Positions 38,801 through 52,932 of a DNA stretch of 64,000 nucleotides are shown one piece after another. The translations under genes were made by a program, and so were the position numbers. Position 1 is the stretch's first letter. Each line of letters begins with the position of its first letter. The DNA comes from Saccostrea cucullata. Lineage: Eukaryota. The DNA lies in the NCBI RefSeq assembly GCF_032062105.1, contig NW_026928947.1, forward strand, positions 1 through 64,000. The letters run 5' to 3'. The notes beneath the pieces were generated by a model. The model did no database searches. It saw only the letters and a list, made by a program, of their open reading frames with translations, and was not told the DNA's origin.

Positions 38801-41800
38801 CACTTATTGGTACATGTAATGTTATAAAAAAATGTATTGTTACTCTTAACAGAGCGATAGGCCAGCTGGCTCAAGTGTACAAGAGGTTACAGAGGATATA
38901 GGAGAAGAAAGTGACAAGGAAAAACCTTTTAAGGAAAGAAGAAAGGAAAATGGTAAATGCCCAGGAGGTTAAATTACTCATTTTAAAATAAAGACAAATA
39001 TTCATCAGGATTAAGAGACATTATTAGTTTTTAGAAAAAATAAGATTGATCAACTCTTTCTTAAAAAACAGCTATTTTCATTTAGAAATATGCACCACAA
39101 TTAAGGCCATATAAAATTGAAATCCTGGTTCTCAGGCCCGCGCGCATCCGTTTTGAGGTAGCCGCATTGCCGATTTTATTGTATTTTTGATAAAATAAAA
39201 AGTTGGTATTGTGGAGACCAATCCGGGAAAAAAAATTTCGACCTCATTTGTTTCGTAGTTTAGTATTCAAATAACACTTCCGGTAGCTATTTGCAATGAG
39301 ATTTTGGCTACTTCGTTTGAAAATACATTCGAGGACATTACCTACGATGTTTAAACGCTGTTAAGCAATGGATAAAGCAGAAATTTTGACCAGAAATGAA
39401 AAGTATATCTGTGATTAAAAAAATTATCTTTATGTTAAAGAAAATTCGAAAATTAAAATTAAAAAAAATACCTCCTTCATCTACTTTATTGCCAATAAAA
39501 TGATAAATAAAATGCCGCCCTCCCGCATCTGTTTTGGAGAAAATTGGCCTGAGAACCAGTTAATTAAATTTAGATAGCCTAAATAAAATGTTGAATACCA
39601 AATACACATAAAATTAATATGCATGACTAGCTAATGGCTGCCATCATTTCTTCTTCTTTATGACATCACTGTGGCTATCCAGTTACGAATAAACCATTAC
39701 ATGTATCTAATGTTCATTCTTTTTCTCTCAGTGATGTATGTAAAGCTACCAAAAGGCTCCAAGACAATACCCCAGACTGAATCGGATGAAGAGGAGATAC
39801 TATCAGTAGTGGACGAAAAAGACCAGAGCAGTTCAGCCATGTCTTCTGAGACCCTGGACAACGGAACAAACTCCTCGACGGAGAGCACATCTCTCAGGAG
39901 GAGCATGAGGCAACAGAAAAAGAAGAGACCTGACTTCCCCAGGATTATCATTAAACCTATACCACCTCCTAAAGAAGGTAAAACAAACTAATTTATAAAT
40001 TATTTCATGACTAATGTTACAATAACATAACATAACATAAGCTAAGTGGACACTAACCACAGGGGTACATGAAATAACGGACAATCCCAAGATGTAAAAT
40101 ATAGCAGTGAAATAGTTATAAAAATCACTGGTGGTTAAACAAAATGTTAACTTTTTATAAAATGTACAAATGAGCTTTTAGAAGCTTATTTGCAACATTC
40201 TTTCATTTTTTACTTTGCAGAAATGTTTAATCCATGTCTTTTTAATGTTAAAATAAAGCAATACCAAACTTAATTTTTGGCAGATGAAAAGGCAAAGGAA
40301 ACAACAAAGGTGACTTTTACAAGGGTAGAAAATGGTGTGAACCACAGTTCTGATGACAACCAGAGTGACTCGTCTGAGAGATCTCCAGGATTGTCAGGCT
40401 TCCAGAAAACTCAAACCATGAGGGAAATGTTAGCTGGTATCCCCGGCATAAGTATGAAGGTACACAAGTGACACTCGGAATTGTGTTGTGATTTTGCTAA
40501 AATACATGTATCTGCCTTAAAAGGTCTATGTTATCATTGTTTTGAATTATGTATCTGTTCAAGTGTGATTTTAACCAATGACTGTTATTTTTATGTCCCT
40601 TTTCTCTTGAAAAAAAACGAAAACTGCAACCCAACTAATGGTTATGTAGACAACATTTAAGAAATGTTTGCATGATTATTTTTAAAAAATGCCAGAGCAC
40701 TTTTGAAAATTGTAAAATTTAAGTCTGTTGGACAGTATTCAGACATCTTACTAGGGATGATTGTCGAGGCCTGTGAGTCTCATGCATACTTTATGCAGTA
40801 AGTTTTAATGAATGAATTAATTTATAGATGCATTTCATTTTTTCTTCACTAGCCAAGAAAAAGTAGAAACAGAAAGCTTAGTCATGCAGCACAGATTGCC
40901 CAAACCAAGGAGGGGTGTATAGATCTGGAGACTCCTGACTCCATTCTGGTCAACACCAACCTTCGGGTACGAGGATTTTTGATTCTTGGTGTATTTGAGT
41001 TTTTAAAAAGTGAGATATACAAGCACTTGTTCTTTGTATATAGGCTCTATTTGATACCTCCACGTTTAATGTGTTATCAGTACATTACCATCAGATGTGT
41101 CTATCTGTTTGCAGGCTCTGTTTGGTAGATCTACTTTTAATCTGTTACCTGTACATTACCAGTACAAACTTCTTCAACTCCTTCCAGAATGTGACAGAAT
41201 TCTGGAAACGGAAAGCAAATTCAGGTGGGTTTCAAGCATTAAGAATATTGTGGAATGGAAAATAAATCAAAGGCCATATAAATTTCTTCCAAGTTTCAGA
41301 AATTCAGAGTTGGGTAATTCATGAAGTATGTCCAGTATGGCTCCAGGGCCATAAATACTTAGATGATACTTTTGATTTCATTTTCACCTTTACAAAAGGA
41401 TTTTATTGTGGAAAATTGAGAGTTCAAAAGTGAGCTCACCAAAGTTTTATGGCTAAGAAGTCAGGCCTCAACTTTTAAATTTGAAATGAATTAAATCAGT
41501 TGATACAGTTACTGACAACTACTTTACTTCACTTGTTCAAACCGTGCTCCTGGGGGCTAGATGTTGCCATAACAAGGGATCAAATTTTTACATCAGACTA
41601 AATTAGAAAAAAAATTCTCAAGACCTGAACCTTGTAGCAAGTCAGGTGTAAATTTCTGTACACGAGCTTGAGGTTAAATAATGTGACATCAATTTGATTA
41701 GTTTCTCTTTTACAAAGTGCAAACAAAGTCACTATGTGTTGAAGTTTGTATTAGTCTTATTAGCATTGCGTTTGAAATGAAATATTTTAAAAATTAACTA

Positions 41801-44800
41801 AACGAGACCAAACATTAGTCTGGATTGGTCAGACATGCCCTAATGTTTAGCCTTGAATGTCTTGTTATCAAACTCTTCCCAGTGTTCTTAAAGTTAGCTT
41901 ATTCATTGTTATTGTGTTTGTTTTAGGATGAGCACAACTGCTTTTAACAATGAATTCTTCAATAAGGCTTGTGAAGAATGGAGGGAGAGGTTATCAGAAG
42001 GTTTGTACACTTATACTAGGAATCAGTTATGTTTTACTGGAACAGTTTTCATCAAAGTGTTTTTTGGGGAAACTGAAATGTTATTTATTGGGGATCTTTA
42101 CCTGTATATATACTGACACGCAAAAGAAACGCAACTAGCAGTAATCTACAAATGTTTGATTTTTTATCTCAATGATTTTCAAATGCGAATAAAGTAAGTC
42201 TTAACTCACTTTTCAGAACATCATAGATTTGATAAAAATCATAAATGTTTATCTGTTTACTTTACTAAGTAAAATATGATGACTGTTAAAACACCCCCCT
42301 CCCAGCCATTCAAGTTAAACGCACTAGACTGCCCTAAACAACAATTGCAGTTTAATTTCTACGATACAATAGTTTAATTAATATCGAGATCTGAGCGAGG
42401 GAATTATCCTTTGGCATTTTTAAATGCCCGTGTTTCAGATGATTAGGTCGAATTTTCTCTAATTTAGAGCAGCGTGGCGACCCTTGGACTTCGGGTACAA
42501 AAATGTCCTTAATGTATATGATACGTAAGACCCTGTTGAGGCATAATGTAGTGAAATTTCGCATCAGCAACTCTCCATCACTTGTACATTGAAATTTTCC
42601 AGCTAGAGCAATGGAATTGCGTACACAAGCCATTTTCAAGTAGCCTTAGCATCGTTACGGGAAATGAAAGGAGAGTTTATTTTTTGAAATATTGCTGCAT
42701 TACTTATGATGAACAGTAAAAAAACCTTAAAACTCCATAATATTGCCAAATGTTTTGTTAAACATGCAATTTTTGATTTCTGTTAAGCAGACTCAAAATT
42801 TACTTCCGGTTATGGTATGGAAATTGTTCAACCGTTAAATTACCGATGTTTACCAAATTGAAGATATTCATAATTTTAAGATACAAAATTTTTCACTTTA
42901 CATATTTTTTCTCCATAAAGTCGGGTGTTGCGTTTCTTTTGCGTGTCAGTATATGTGTACTTGTCACTTATCTAACTTTTTATTGTAAGATCTGTAAAAA
43001 CACATTGACACCCCAGTAATAAACTAAGAGCAATGCCCTAGATTTCATATGCTATTAAAGAACCCCTGCAAGACCACAAAATATGCCAAATTGTCCAGTT
43101 GAACCAAGTTTTCCAAACACTTTCAATTTTAAGGTAATCAAATAAGAATTATTTTCTTTTCTTAGGTGAATTTACTCCAGAAAATCAATTACGATTGAAA
43201 CAAGATGAAGAAAAGGAACAAACAAAACTAGATCCTTGGAAGGTGAGTCATAATTTAGTAATCAATTTATGATTTGTTTCATTCTGAAAAAATGGCACAA
43301 GACTGAATAAATGAAGATCAATTCTGACAATGTTATTCATTTAATAAATGACCATTATGATTTTTCAGGCCAAGCACTTTGAACCAGTGTGGGGAAAGAG
43401 GTAAATAAAAAAAATCATTTTTATTTCTGTGAGAGTCATTTGAGTTTTAGTTATGGAACAAACTCATGCACTATTAAAATTTGGTTTATTTAAATTGTAA
43501 AATGAATTGATAAAACTGGATACCTGAAATTGTATAATTTCTCTTTCAAATTTCCTAAGCAGCTTTCTTACAATATTTTCTTTGAAAACAGGTTCAGTGG
43601 TCAGGCTGTCCCAAAGGCTGATATTCCATCTCCCCCTCCCCAACCTCCTATCCCCAAAATGAAAATCAAGCCAGCACTGAAAAAATCCACAACAAAGGTG
43701 TCTACATTAATCAAACAGGAGAAGATATCACAGACTGTGTCACAACCTGTGGTTAACAGTACATATGTTAGTGAAACTTCATCTCAAAGTGGACTCTTGT
43801 TGAAAATTTCTCATGATAAATCCGAATTTGTGATGAGTCGCAGTGACAAAAGTGTGATGCGTCATCAAACATTGAAAAGATCTCTATCGGGTGATATTAA
43901 GAATGAGGATGGAGGTGAGAGTCCCTCAAAGAAAAACCGTGTAACCCCAGTACACTCTCCTCTGAAGACTGTTATTCAAGTGTGTACAGCAAATCAGATG
44001 GCAAAAATCACCAGGCCTGTGACAATAGATACCAGTCCAGGTGTGAACCAGCCAAAACAAGTCTCCCTCTTAAGCACGGCTACCTCACCTGTTCTTTCAC
44101 AGATGCAACAAACTATTTACTCCGCTCCGAGATCCCAAACACACATTTCTCCCCCCAAAACATCCCAAGATATGTCATCCCAAACTAGAACTCTCGCACA
44201 AATCAAAGTCCAGACAAATGCAGTGAGAGGTGCACCTGTACAAATCGAGAGACAGACTAGAACTCTTGCCCAAATAAAAGCTGAGACCAGAGCTAAAATT
44301 CAGATGAGAAATCAAGGAAAACCACAAGAAGTAAATGCTCCCACAACTGTGAAAAAATTGACATTCCCAAGTGCAACAGTGGCAAGACAGGTCCCTAACA
44401 TCCTTCATGGCCGACAGCGAAGTATCCCCAGCAAGGCACCGTCTTCTCCTCCCAATCCCAATGTTCCTGAACCTCCCGAGGAAACAAAAGACGGGATCAA
44501 ATTGAAAAGATCTTTACAGATTTGTAAAGATGTGATAAAGAAAACAGGAGGACTCTCATATCAAGTCAATGCAGATGGCAAAGTTAAAATCAATACTCCT
44601 GTGTCCACTACAGAACCTGTTGCTATTTTAAAACAAGATCCAAAGCCACCAGCCCCTGCATTGTTGACTCAGAGTGCAAAAAGTGCCTCAAAAGTTGTAT
44701 TTGCCAACCCTCCTGCTTCTGAAAATATGACAACTCTTCCTTCAATCTCTGGTATTCTCCCAGTTTCCTCCAGTTTACAGACTTTGGCTTCTAGTAATTC

Positions 44801-45683
44801 AGAAGCATCAGAACAGTTTGTTGTGCGTGTGACGAAACCCCCGACTACATTACAGCCCCAGCTAACAACAGCTAGGGTGGTAACGGTTCCAGGATCAAAT
44901 GCCAAATTTCTTATTCCCTCTGGAATTCCAACCACAGCAGTTGGTAATTCTAGTATTGTACAGATTTTGAACTCTGCTCCTGGAAGCAATTTAGTGACTA
45001 TGCAATCACTTCAGCCCTCAAGAGCCTCCAGTGCTCCTCCCCAGAATGAAATTAACCCAGCAAGTGTTCAAGTACAAGCTGTATCCAGATCAGCTAGTGT
45101 GGGATTAAGTAGTAACAGAGTAGAAGCCGGCTCTTCTCAGCAGCATCTCCATTACTTGCTGCAACAACAACACCAGAATCAGCAAAGGCAGAAGATTGTC
45201 CGAGTCCAACAACCAATGTCTGGTGAGCCCAGCACTTCTCAGTCAAAAGTTGCAGACTCCTCAACAACCCCTGAGGCCAGCAGTACAGAGGGTAACTCAG
45301 TCATGGTTCAACAAACACCAGTAACTGCTGCTCCTGAATCATCATCTGCTAAACCCCCACAAGCACCTGCAGCAACAGTGTCAAGGGTCATTGTCAGTAG
45401 CGCGAGTCAACTGGTCAGTCAGATGAAAAAGGAGGCACAACTGGGGAAAACTTTGACCAACCAGGCCTCAGTTGTCACAGTTCCTTCATCAACAGGAAAC
45501 GGCACAACGAAAATTGTTCTGCCTACTGCAATCTTGACCAGTGCTTTGGCAGGGGGTGAAAATGCTAGCTGTGCTTGTAGTTTGAAAGCAATGATCATGT
45601 GTAAGAAATGTGGGGCATTTTGTCACCATGACTGCATTGGACCTTCTAAACTCTGTGTGACTTGTCTGATAACAACCTCATAG
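35827..45683 (+). CDS. ASXL: Additional sex combs-like Polycomb protein (HARE-HTH, DEUBAD, C-terminal PHD), ~12 exons, large last exon ~43592-45683
   Basis: [95 protein letters not shown], two RTLAQIK motifs and terminal [32 protein letters not shown]. Confidence 0.97.
36473..36897. mobile_element. Interspersed repeat, copy 2 (in ASXL intron 1)
   Basis: Direct-orientation homolog of 34509-34945. Confidence 0.7.
37000..37398. mobile_element. PIF/Harbinger-type MITE
   Basis: TIR GGCCATCCTTAAAAA / TTTTTAAGGATGGCC with a TTA target duplication on both sides. Confidence 0.85.
39105..39579. mobile_element. PIF/Harbinger-type MITE
   Basis: Imperfect TIR GGCCATATAAAATT..CTGGTTCTCAGGCC / GGCCTGAGAACCAG..AATTTAGATAGCC with a TAA target duplication. 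Confidence 0.8.
42111..42951. mobile_element. Tc1/mariner-type non-autonomous element
   Basis: Perfect 25-bp TIR TACTGACACGCAAAAGAAACGCAAC / GTTGCGTTTCTTTTGCGTGTCAGTA, flanked by TA. No transposase ORF. Confidence 0.88.
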
Positions 45684-47841
45684 TGTGACTGAATGAAGCA
45701 GAAATGGTGAATATGATGCCAAACTTATGGGAGAGATGATTTTGTTTGTTTATTTTTTTTTTTTTTCACAAGGGATTTATCTGTGGATAAACATATAGTT
45801 CTATCAATCATTTTTCAGAAAAAGGTATCTAAACAGGGTGTCTTTTTACTGATATACTGTGAATCACTTTTCATTCGTGAGAATTTTTTTTACATAATTA
45901 CCAGTGATTGTTTGCTCGTGAAAATTCTATTGCGGTCTATATTCCCATTATGAAAGATTATATTCAGCAATAACCAAAATTTGTGAAAAGTCTAATTCAT
46001 AAATATCAAATGATAATCTCACAAAAATAAGATTGCACAAATATTGGTGATCCTTAGTAACTTTTCTAATAGATAAGTATGGCTCTCAAGGTCCTTGCTT
46101 TGAAATGATCAAAGTGATCTATTTCAAATTACCCTTAATCCAAAATTTATATGTATAACCATGACAAAAGACACTGTCATATTGAAATGCACAACTACTT
46201 CAACATTCACATAAAGTTTTCACATAAAAGTTTTTTAACTGAATCGAAAAAAAGTGTGTAAAGAAGTATGCAGCCTACATATCATCAGATTTTTTTCAAC
46301 AAAAAATGTATACATTACTAGGAGTTTCAAGCAGATATCAAATGATGAAAATCTTTTTGATTCCTAGAAAAATTTGACAAAAACATAGTTTAAGCAGGCA
46401 TTTTCTCATTTTTTTAAGGAGATGTTCTGCATTGCAAAAAGGTTTAGTCATTGGAGGTTGTAAATTGTACACAGAATAAGTCAATTAAATTCAAAGCTAT
46501 ATTGTGTATGTCCACAAAGTAGATATGCATATATTTTTAAACAAATTTTATTCACATTAGACTTATTATTTTAATTTTAAGGGAGGGGGGTGGTCTTGTG
46601 AAAGAAGGTTTTAATGCAAGTAATTTGGTATTGCAGAATGGAGTGAAATCATTTTAAATGAAGTTAAGTCATTAGAAAAAGGAACATGGTATATTTTGAA
46701 TCTCATACAATATAATTTATTGAATGACAAGGTTTTATTGAAAGGGAAATTCAGAATTGTGGTAAAGTGTGTAAGACATTTTATATATACTACACTGTAG
46801 TAGTTTTATGGAATGATGAGCATCATTTTTGCGAAATGAGTCTTTGTCTTTTTCTGGCATTCTGTTCATATTGACCCTGTAAGATGAAAAAACACTGATC
46901 ATGTTTCATGAAGATAATAGTCTATGTAAATATACTTCATGTGCAAGTACATGTACTAATATGCACTATTTATTTAACATTCATTCCACAGTTCTTTTGT
47001 AGAGAATAAAATATTTTAAATAAACTCTTTAAAAAAAAAACATCATGCAAATGAGTATCAATGGTACAAATTATTCTGTTCCACAATGCAATGAATATTT
47101 TTACGAAAGTCATTAAACAAAATAAGATGTTAAAATTATTTTGCAACGAGATGTTGTGAGACTGAATTGTTTGATCGAGGACTGTATTGATAACAGTTTC
47201 TGCTTGTGTGGTGGTCAAAGTGATGAATGATGTTTTAATTGTGAGAAATGTGTACTACTGAATATATTAAAAAGTTTTAAGCTACTTGTTTCTTTGTTTA
47301 CTTTCTTGCCCCACCTTTATATCCCTGACAATGTTAGGCATACAATATATGGAACATTATTTTATCTTTTTTAATCTCTAACTTGCTAGAGATGGCAGAT
47401 AGCTAGGGCTACAACCCTGCTTGCTTGAGGATCCAGAGGTCAAGGATAGCATATCAACAGTGTTGTTTTTAACACAGTATGTCCATTTATATTTAACTTT
47501 CTGTACAGATGGATCTGGTTTGACATTTCTGTCACAAATTATCAAAAGCAATGGATTTGACCAGGATGAATCCTATTTATTTGAGGGTCAAAAGGTCATG
47601 GGGGAAAAATGATGAGTTTATAACTGTGTTGTGCTTAGGGTACATAGTGTAAAAAATTATTTTTCAGTCCATATTCCCCAGCAGAGATAGTTATTTGATG
47701 TGAAAGGAAATTGACCAATGTAATTTTAGAGTCCAAAAGTCACGGTCAAAGACTGATGTTATGGACACAATATCCCGTTGTTTAGTGTTTAGTCACATAC
47801 AGTGGCCAGAGCCTCTGGAGAAGAAAAAAACACAGTCCATG

Positions 47842-47843
<2 letters not shown>

Positions 47844-47881
<38 letters not shown>

Positions 47882-49543
47882 GCTTTGAACTTCCGTTCTT
47901 TACCAGAATTCCCCCTTGTTATACATGTTGTGACCCCACCCTACCCAACTGATGATAATTTAAACAATTTGAAATCTACACTACCATAGGATGCTTTGAT
48001 TTAACATAGTAAAACTTTGATTCCCCATTGTGGCCCCACCCTACCCCCGGGGGTGACATGATTAGAACAATTTAGAATCTACACTATCCCAGGATTCTTC
48101 CACATAAGTTTCTGCTTTTCTGGCCCAGTGGTTCTTGCAAAAAAGATTTTTCCTATATATTTCTATGTAAAACTTTGATTCCCCATTGTGGCCCCGCCCA
48201 ACCCCCGGGGATCATGATTTTTACAATTTAGAATCTACACTACCCCAGGATGCTTCCACTTAAGTTTCAGCTTTTTTGGCTCAGTGGTTCTTGAGAAAAA
48301 GATTTTCAAAGATTTTTCCTATATATTGCTATGTAAAACTTTGATCCCCCATTATGGCCCTGCCCAACCCCTGGGGGTCATGACTTTGACAATTTGGAAT
48401 CTACACTACCCTGGGATGCTTCCACATAAGTTTCAGCTTTTCTGGCCCAGTGGTTCTTGAGAAGAAGATTTTTAAAGATTTTTCCAATATATTTCTATGT
48501 AAAACTTTGATTCCCCAATGCGGCCCTGCCCAACCCCCGGGGGTCATGACTTTTACAATTTAGATACGATATAAAGCTTCCACATAAGTTTCAGCTTTTC
48601 TGGCCCAGTGGTTCTTGAGAAGAAGATTTCTAAAGATTTTTCCAATATATTGCTATGTAAAAGTTTGATTCCCAATTGTGGCCCCGCCCTATCCCCGGGT
48701 TGTCATGATTATAACAATTTAAAATCTACACTTCCCCAGGATGCTTCCACATAAGTTTCAGTTTTTCTGGCCCAGTGGTTCTTGAGAAGAAGATTTTAAA
48801 AGATTTTTCCTATATATTTCTATGTAAAAGTTTGATTCCCCATTGTGGCCCCGCCATATCCCCGGGGGTCATGATTTTTATAATTTAGAATCTGCACTAC
48901 CTAAGAATGCTTTCACCTAAGTTTCAGCTTTTCTGGCCCAGTGGATCTTGAGAAGAAGATTTTTAAAGATTTTTCCTATATATTTCTATGTAAAAGTTTG
49001 ATTCCCCGTTGTGGCCCCGCCCTATCCCCGGGGGTTATGATTTTAACAATTTAGAATCTGCACTAAAACAGCTTTTCTGGCCCACAAAATTGTGGCCCCG
49101 CCCTATCCCCGGGGGTCATGATTTTAACAATTTAGAATCTGCACTACCTAAGGGTGCTTTCACATAAGTTTCTTATTTCCTGTCCCTGTGGTTCTTTATT
49201 ATAAGATTTTAAAAGATTTTTCCTATATATTTCTATGTAAAAGTTTGATTCCCCATTGTGGCCCCGCCCTATCCCCGGGGGTCATGATTTTAACAATTTA
49301 GAATCTACACTGCCAGAATGCTTCCACATAAGTTTCAGCTTTTCTGGCCCAGTGGTTCTTGAGAAGAAGATTTTTTAATGACCTCACCCTATTTTTGTCT
49401 TTTCTTGATTATCTCCCCTTGTGAGGGGACTTGGCCCTTCATTTTCATAATTTAAAGTCCCCTTTATGTAAGGATGCTTTGTACCAAGTTTGGTCAAAAT
49501 TGGCCCAGTAGTTGTGCTCCTGAGCCTTGTCATGAGCTAAAAA
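47844..49543 (+). mobile_element. Helentron-type non-autonomous element carrying ~9 copies of a 166-bp Cg170-like satellite
   Basis: Starts AAACAAGAGGCCCATGGGCCACATCGCTCACCTGAG and ends TGAGCTAAAAA. The unit TAAAACTTTGATTCCCCATTGTGGCCCC...CAGTGGTTCTTGAGAAGAAGATT recurs every ~166 bp. Confidence 0.88.
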
Positions 49544-50837
49544 GACAGTGTGAAGGTTTAATAAGTTGCGAGATTTTTTTTAAGAATCATCATGCTTTCT
49601 ACATGCATATACTTGTTGATTGGCAGATGAGTATTGTTTTTTGGTGGGTGGGCTAAATATTTTAAAATAAAATTCAGTTTCACCCTCCACTGATATAAAG
49701 GTTTCTTTCCTGTAAAGAGACATACATCTCTATCCATACATAAACATCACGTATTTAAAAACTCTGCTATTGATTCGAAACATTTAGGATAGAAATGAAA
49801 CATATGGAGATAACGAACAGTGTCAAGATCAAAAGTCCATAAAACAATACAAAATAGGAGCAGAGCAAATACAAATACCTCCAAAACATCTGATAAATTG
49901 CCGACCGGTTACACTCGCCGTGTGCTCCTTGTCATGATCGGGAAATAACGGAAAAATCCCTCGTCAATTCAGTGTATAGATAATGGACTAAGAATTAGTA
50001 TGAAAAACGTCAGTCAGCAGTTGACGCAATGATAAATTGTATTTGATGACAAGGTCGACCATAGAACTAACGAAATAACTTTAAACGAGACTGATGATAT
50101 TCTTGTTTCATCAATTCATTTGTCAGTAATTTACATCGTTTGAGAAGTTGTTCATACATAGACCATGCTCTTGCGTATCGAATCAACTGAGATACTAGTA
50201 TATAAACTCCGTATGCAGGTGTTGAAGGTATAGTGCTGCATAAGTAAGGACTTCAATGCAATACCCAGATCCCCCCCCCCCCCCCGTTAGGATTTAAATT
50301 CCTGGATCCGCCCCTGAATACTGTGGTTCAAAGATGTTTTTTTTTTTATCATAAACAGAACAGTGGAATGTATACTATGATTATCCTAGATAGATTTTTT
50401 TTTAAAGTGTAGTTCTTAAAAAGCAAACTGTCTTTCAATACTATGGTTCCATTAAATTGGTTTTCGAGTCACTTGGTGGGAGGGAGAAGTAAGAATCTGA
50501 TATGATGTTCTTTGTATAAGATCTTATATAAATTAGATATAAACAGTAGGAAAAAATATGTCACAAAATAACACGAAATTCATGTTGTAATATTAAGAGA
50601 AATTTTACATCCATTAAAAATGATTGTGGACACCCCCCTCTCTTGTCGAATATTTTCTAACTAACAACCGCACCCCCAGTGCAAGAATTTTTTTTTGCTC
50701 TGTTTCATCGATTCTATGTGTTCTTTTAGCACATACCCGGTATTTACAAATAATCTGAACAAAACATCATGAAAGAAAAGCACTCTGTCATAAAAAATAC
50801 CACGAATATAAATATCATTTACAAACACATACATGTA

Positions 50838-51899
50838 CGAGGGGTTATCAAAAAGTTCGTGGACTGAGGCTATAAAATAAGAACTATGTAGTCTGTGCAT
50901 TTAAAATTTATATAGGACATAAAACAAAACAAAAAAAAAGAAATGTTGAAAAATTTAGCCTGGTACGTTCATTATTTGCCAAATTATTATAAAATGAAAA
51001 CGACATTATATGATCACCCGGCGCTGTCGTCGTTTATTTTCATGACGTCCGATAACGTCATTGTTTTTTCAATGTCCGCTTCTTCTACCTCATACACTTT
51101 TTTTGATGAGATTCCCTGGAGCTGAGTAAGGATTTAAACCCGCCTTGTTTATATGAATTTACAATGTCATGAACAGTGGCCTTCAATGAATATAATATTC
51201 CAAATGGATTAATATATTGGGAGAGATCTGCGCTTGATTGTGCTGGCATATTGTTCAATATCTACAACACATGATCAACGTCATTTTTTGACGTGATTGA
51301 TTTTTCACACCTTGACTGCAAATCGGCCTTAACTGTGTATCCTTTTTCTCTCTGAATCTATTTTGACATTAAAAGACAAGTATTCTGGATGCATATTATT
51401 TCTTCCTAGCCAGTTTCAACATATTTTTGGTCTATATCAGTATTTTCTGTGGCAAAACTTCAGAGAATGTTGGAAACGGAAACCCCTCCCCACTTTTGAC
51501 GTCACTTTCAAGGCCTCCTTTGTTTGGACATTCCGTGTAAAATTTACGATAAAATTTCATAGAATATCCAGAATAAGTGAAAATTTTATATTTTATGGAA
51601 CAATTGTGTCCCGACACATACCAGAATGAACAGGATTTTTGGATGTCAAATGATCATATCAGAAGAGTTTTTCTCAGATACACTTAGGTCGAAAAAACGT
51701 CGTGTTCGAGGTTGCGCCGCCTGGACATACCATTGCTTATAAAAACATTACTTATTTATTTAAAAATAAATTTTATGATTGATGGTTTATTCTTTAGATA
51801 GAAAAGATGGTGTTAACTTGATATTTAAAATTTCATTGATGTGCCTAAAGCGGTTTTAAGTTTATGACGCTAGTCCACGAACTTTTTGATAACCCCTCG
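50838..51899. mobile_element. Mariner-like non-autonomous transposon
   Basis: Perfect 28-bp TIR CGAGGGGTTATCAAAAAGTTCGTGGACT / AGTCCACGAACTTTTTGATAACCCCTCG, flanked by TA. No intact transposase. Confidence 0.9.
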
Positions 51900-52932
51900 T
51901 ATACGTATTCCGGGGTATATATCTCAAAGTTCTACTTTTAGCAATATTGAACACATTCTAAATGAAGCCACTCTCTATATGAAATGAAACAAGTTAGAAA
52001 GAAAGAAACTAGAGGTGCTGTGAGCATGCACCGAGCTCACTGAATGATACCCCCCGCCTCCCATTTGATTAAAGTGGTAAATTCCATGTTTTGCTCTGGG
52101 GGACCCGAAATAAGTGTCAGATCAAAAAGTAAAATAGGAGGTGCACGAAGGCACAATGTAACAAAGATTTTCTGAAAGTCTCATTCAGAAGTATAAGAGG
52201 TAGAGGAGGTGAGGATAAGAGATGGGTATCCCAAAGCGTAACAGAAGGACGCACATACAAACGGACGGCATCCCGAGCACTATATTACCTCTCACTTTTC
52301 AAGCAGGGTATAAAAACATGGGAACATTAGTATACTACGGGGAGGCTTTCTACCAGTCTCTTAAAACAGTAGAATTAATTATAAATTAACAGTGGTCCAT
52401 GCACTTTGCCTTTAATCATATAAACCATAACGCGAATAGGTAATGCTGGTACTTGAAAAGTGAATGGCAACACCTTGTTTTGATAAACATTATCATCTAC
52501 CAGAATTTCAATTTCAATTCTGCGATTAGCATTGATGGTAATTAAGTTGGCTGCACTGGTGATTATTTGTGAGAACTTAGGACTACATGTACAGTAAGGG
52601 TGTTCGATTTATCCAACAAGACCTAACGCTGGAATCTCATTCAATATCTACCCGTACTATTCTGGTTTTCATTTCACAATATGTAAAAAGATTTCGAAAT
52701 AAAACCCATTCCCCCTACTTTTTAGTTGACGAAATTGGCATTTATAGAAACAACATGTAGGTTCGAAAGAATCGCTGAAGCATGAATAACCTATTTTTGG
52801 AACACTTCCTCCATACCACGAACACTAGAATTAGCATATGAATAAACTGTGATCCAAAGCCCATTCATCGCGTTTGATTGTATTCATTCAATGCTTTCAT
52901 CGCCACGAAGATGGTGTGATTTCGGATTCGAA

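Noticed and set aside
43982-44188. Overlapping alternative-frame ORF in the ASXL last exon as an equivalent of the vertebrate ASXL1/2 transframe product
   Set aside because: I saw no UCC_UUU_CGU or RG_GUC_UCU shift site upstream, and the peptide has KHGY rather than the EH[N/S]Y motif. A 68-codon ORF is expected by chance.
50943-51629. Transposase ORFs inside the mariner-like element
   Set aside because: Short ORFs with no recognisable HTH or DD(34)D motifs.
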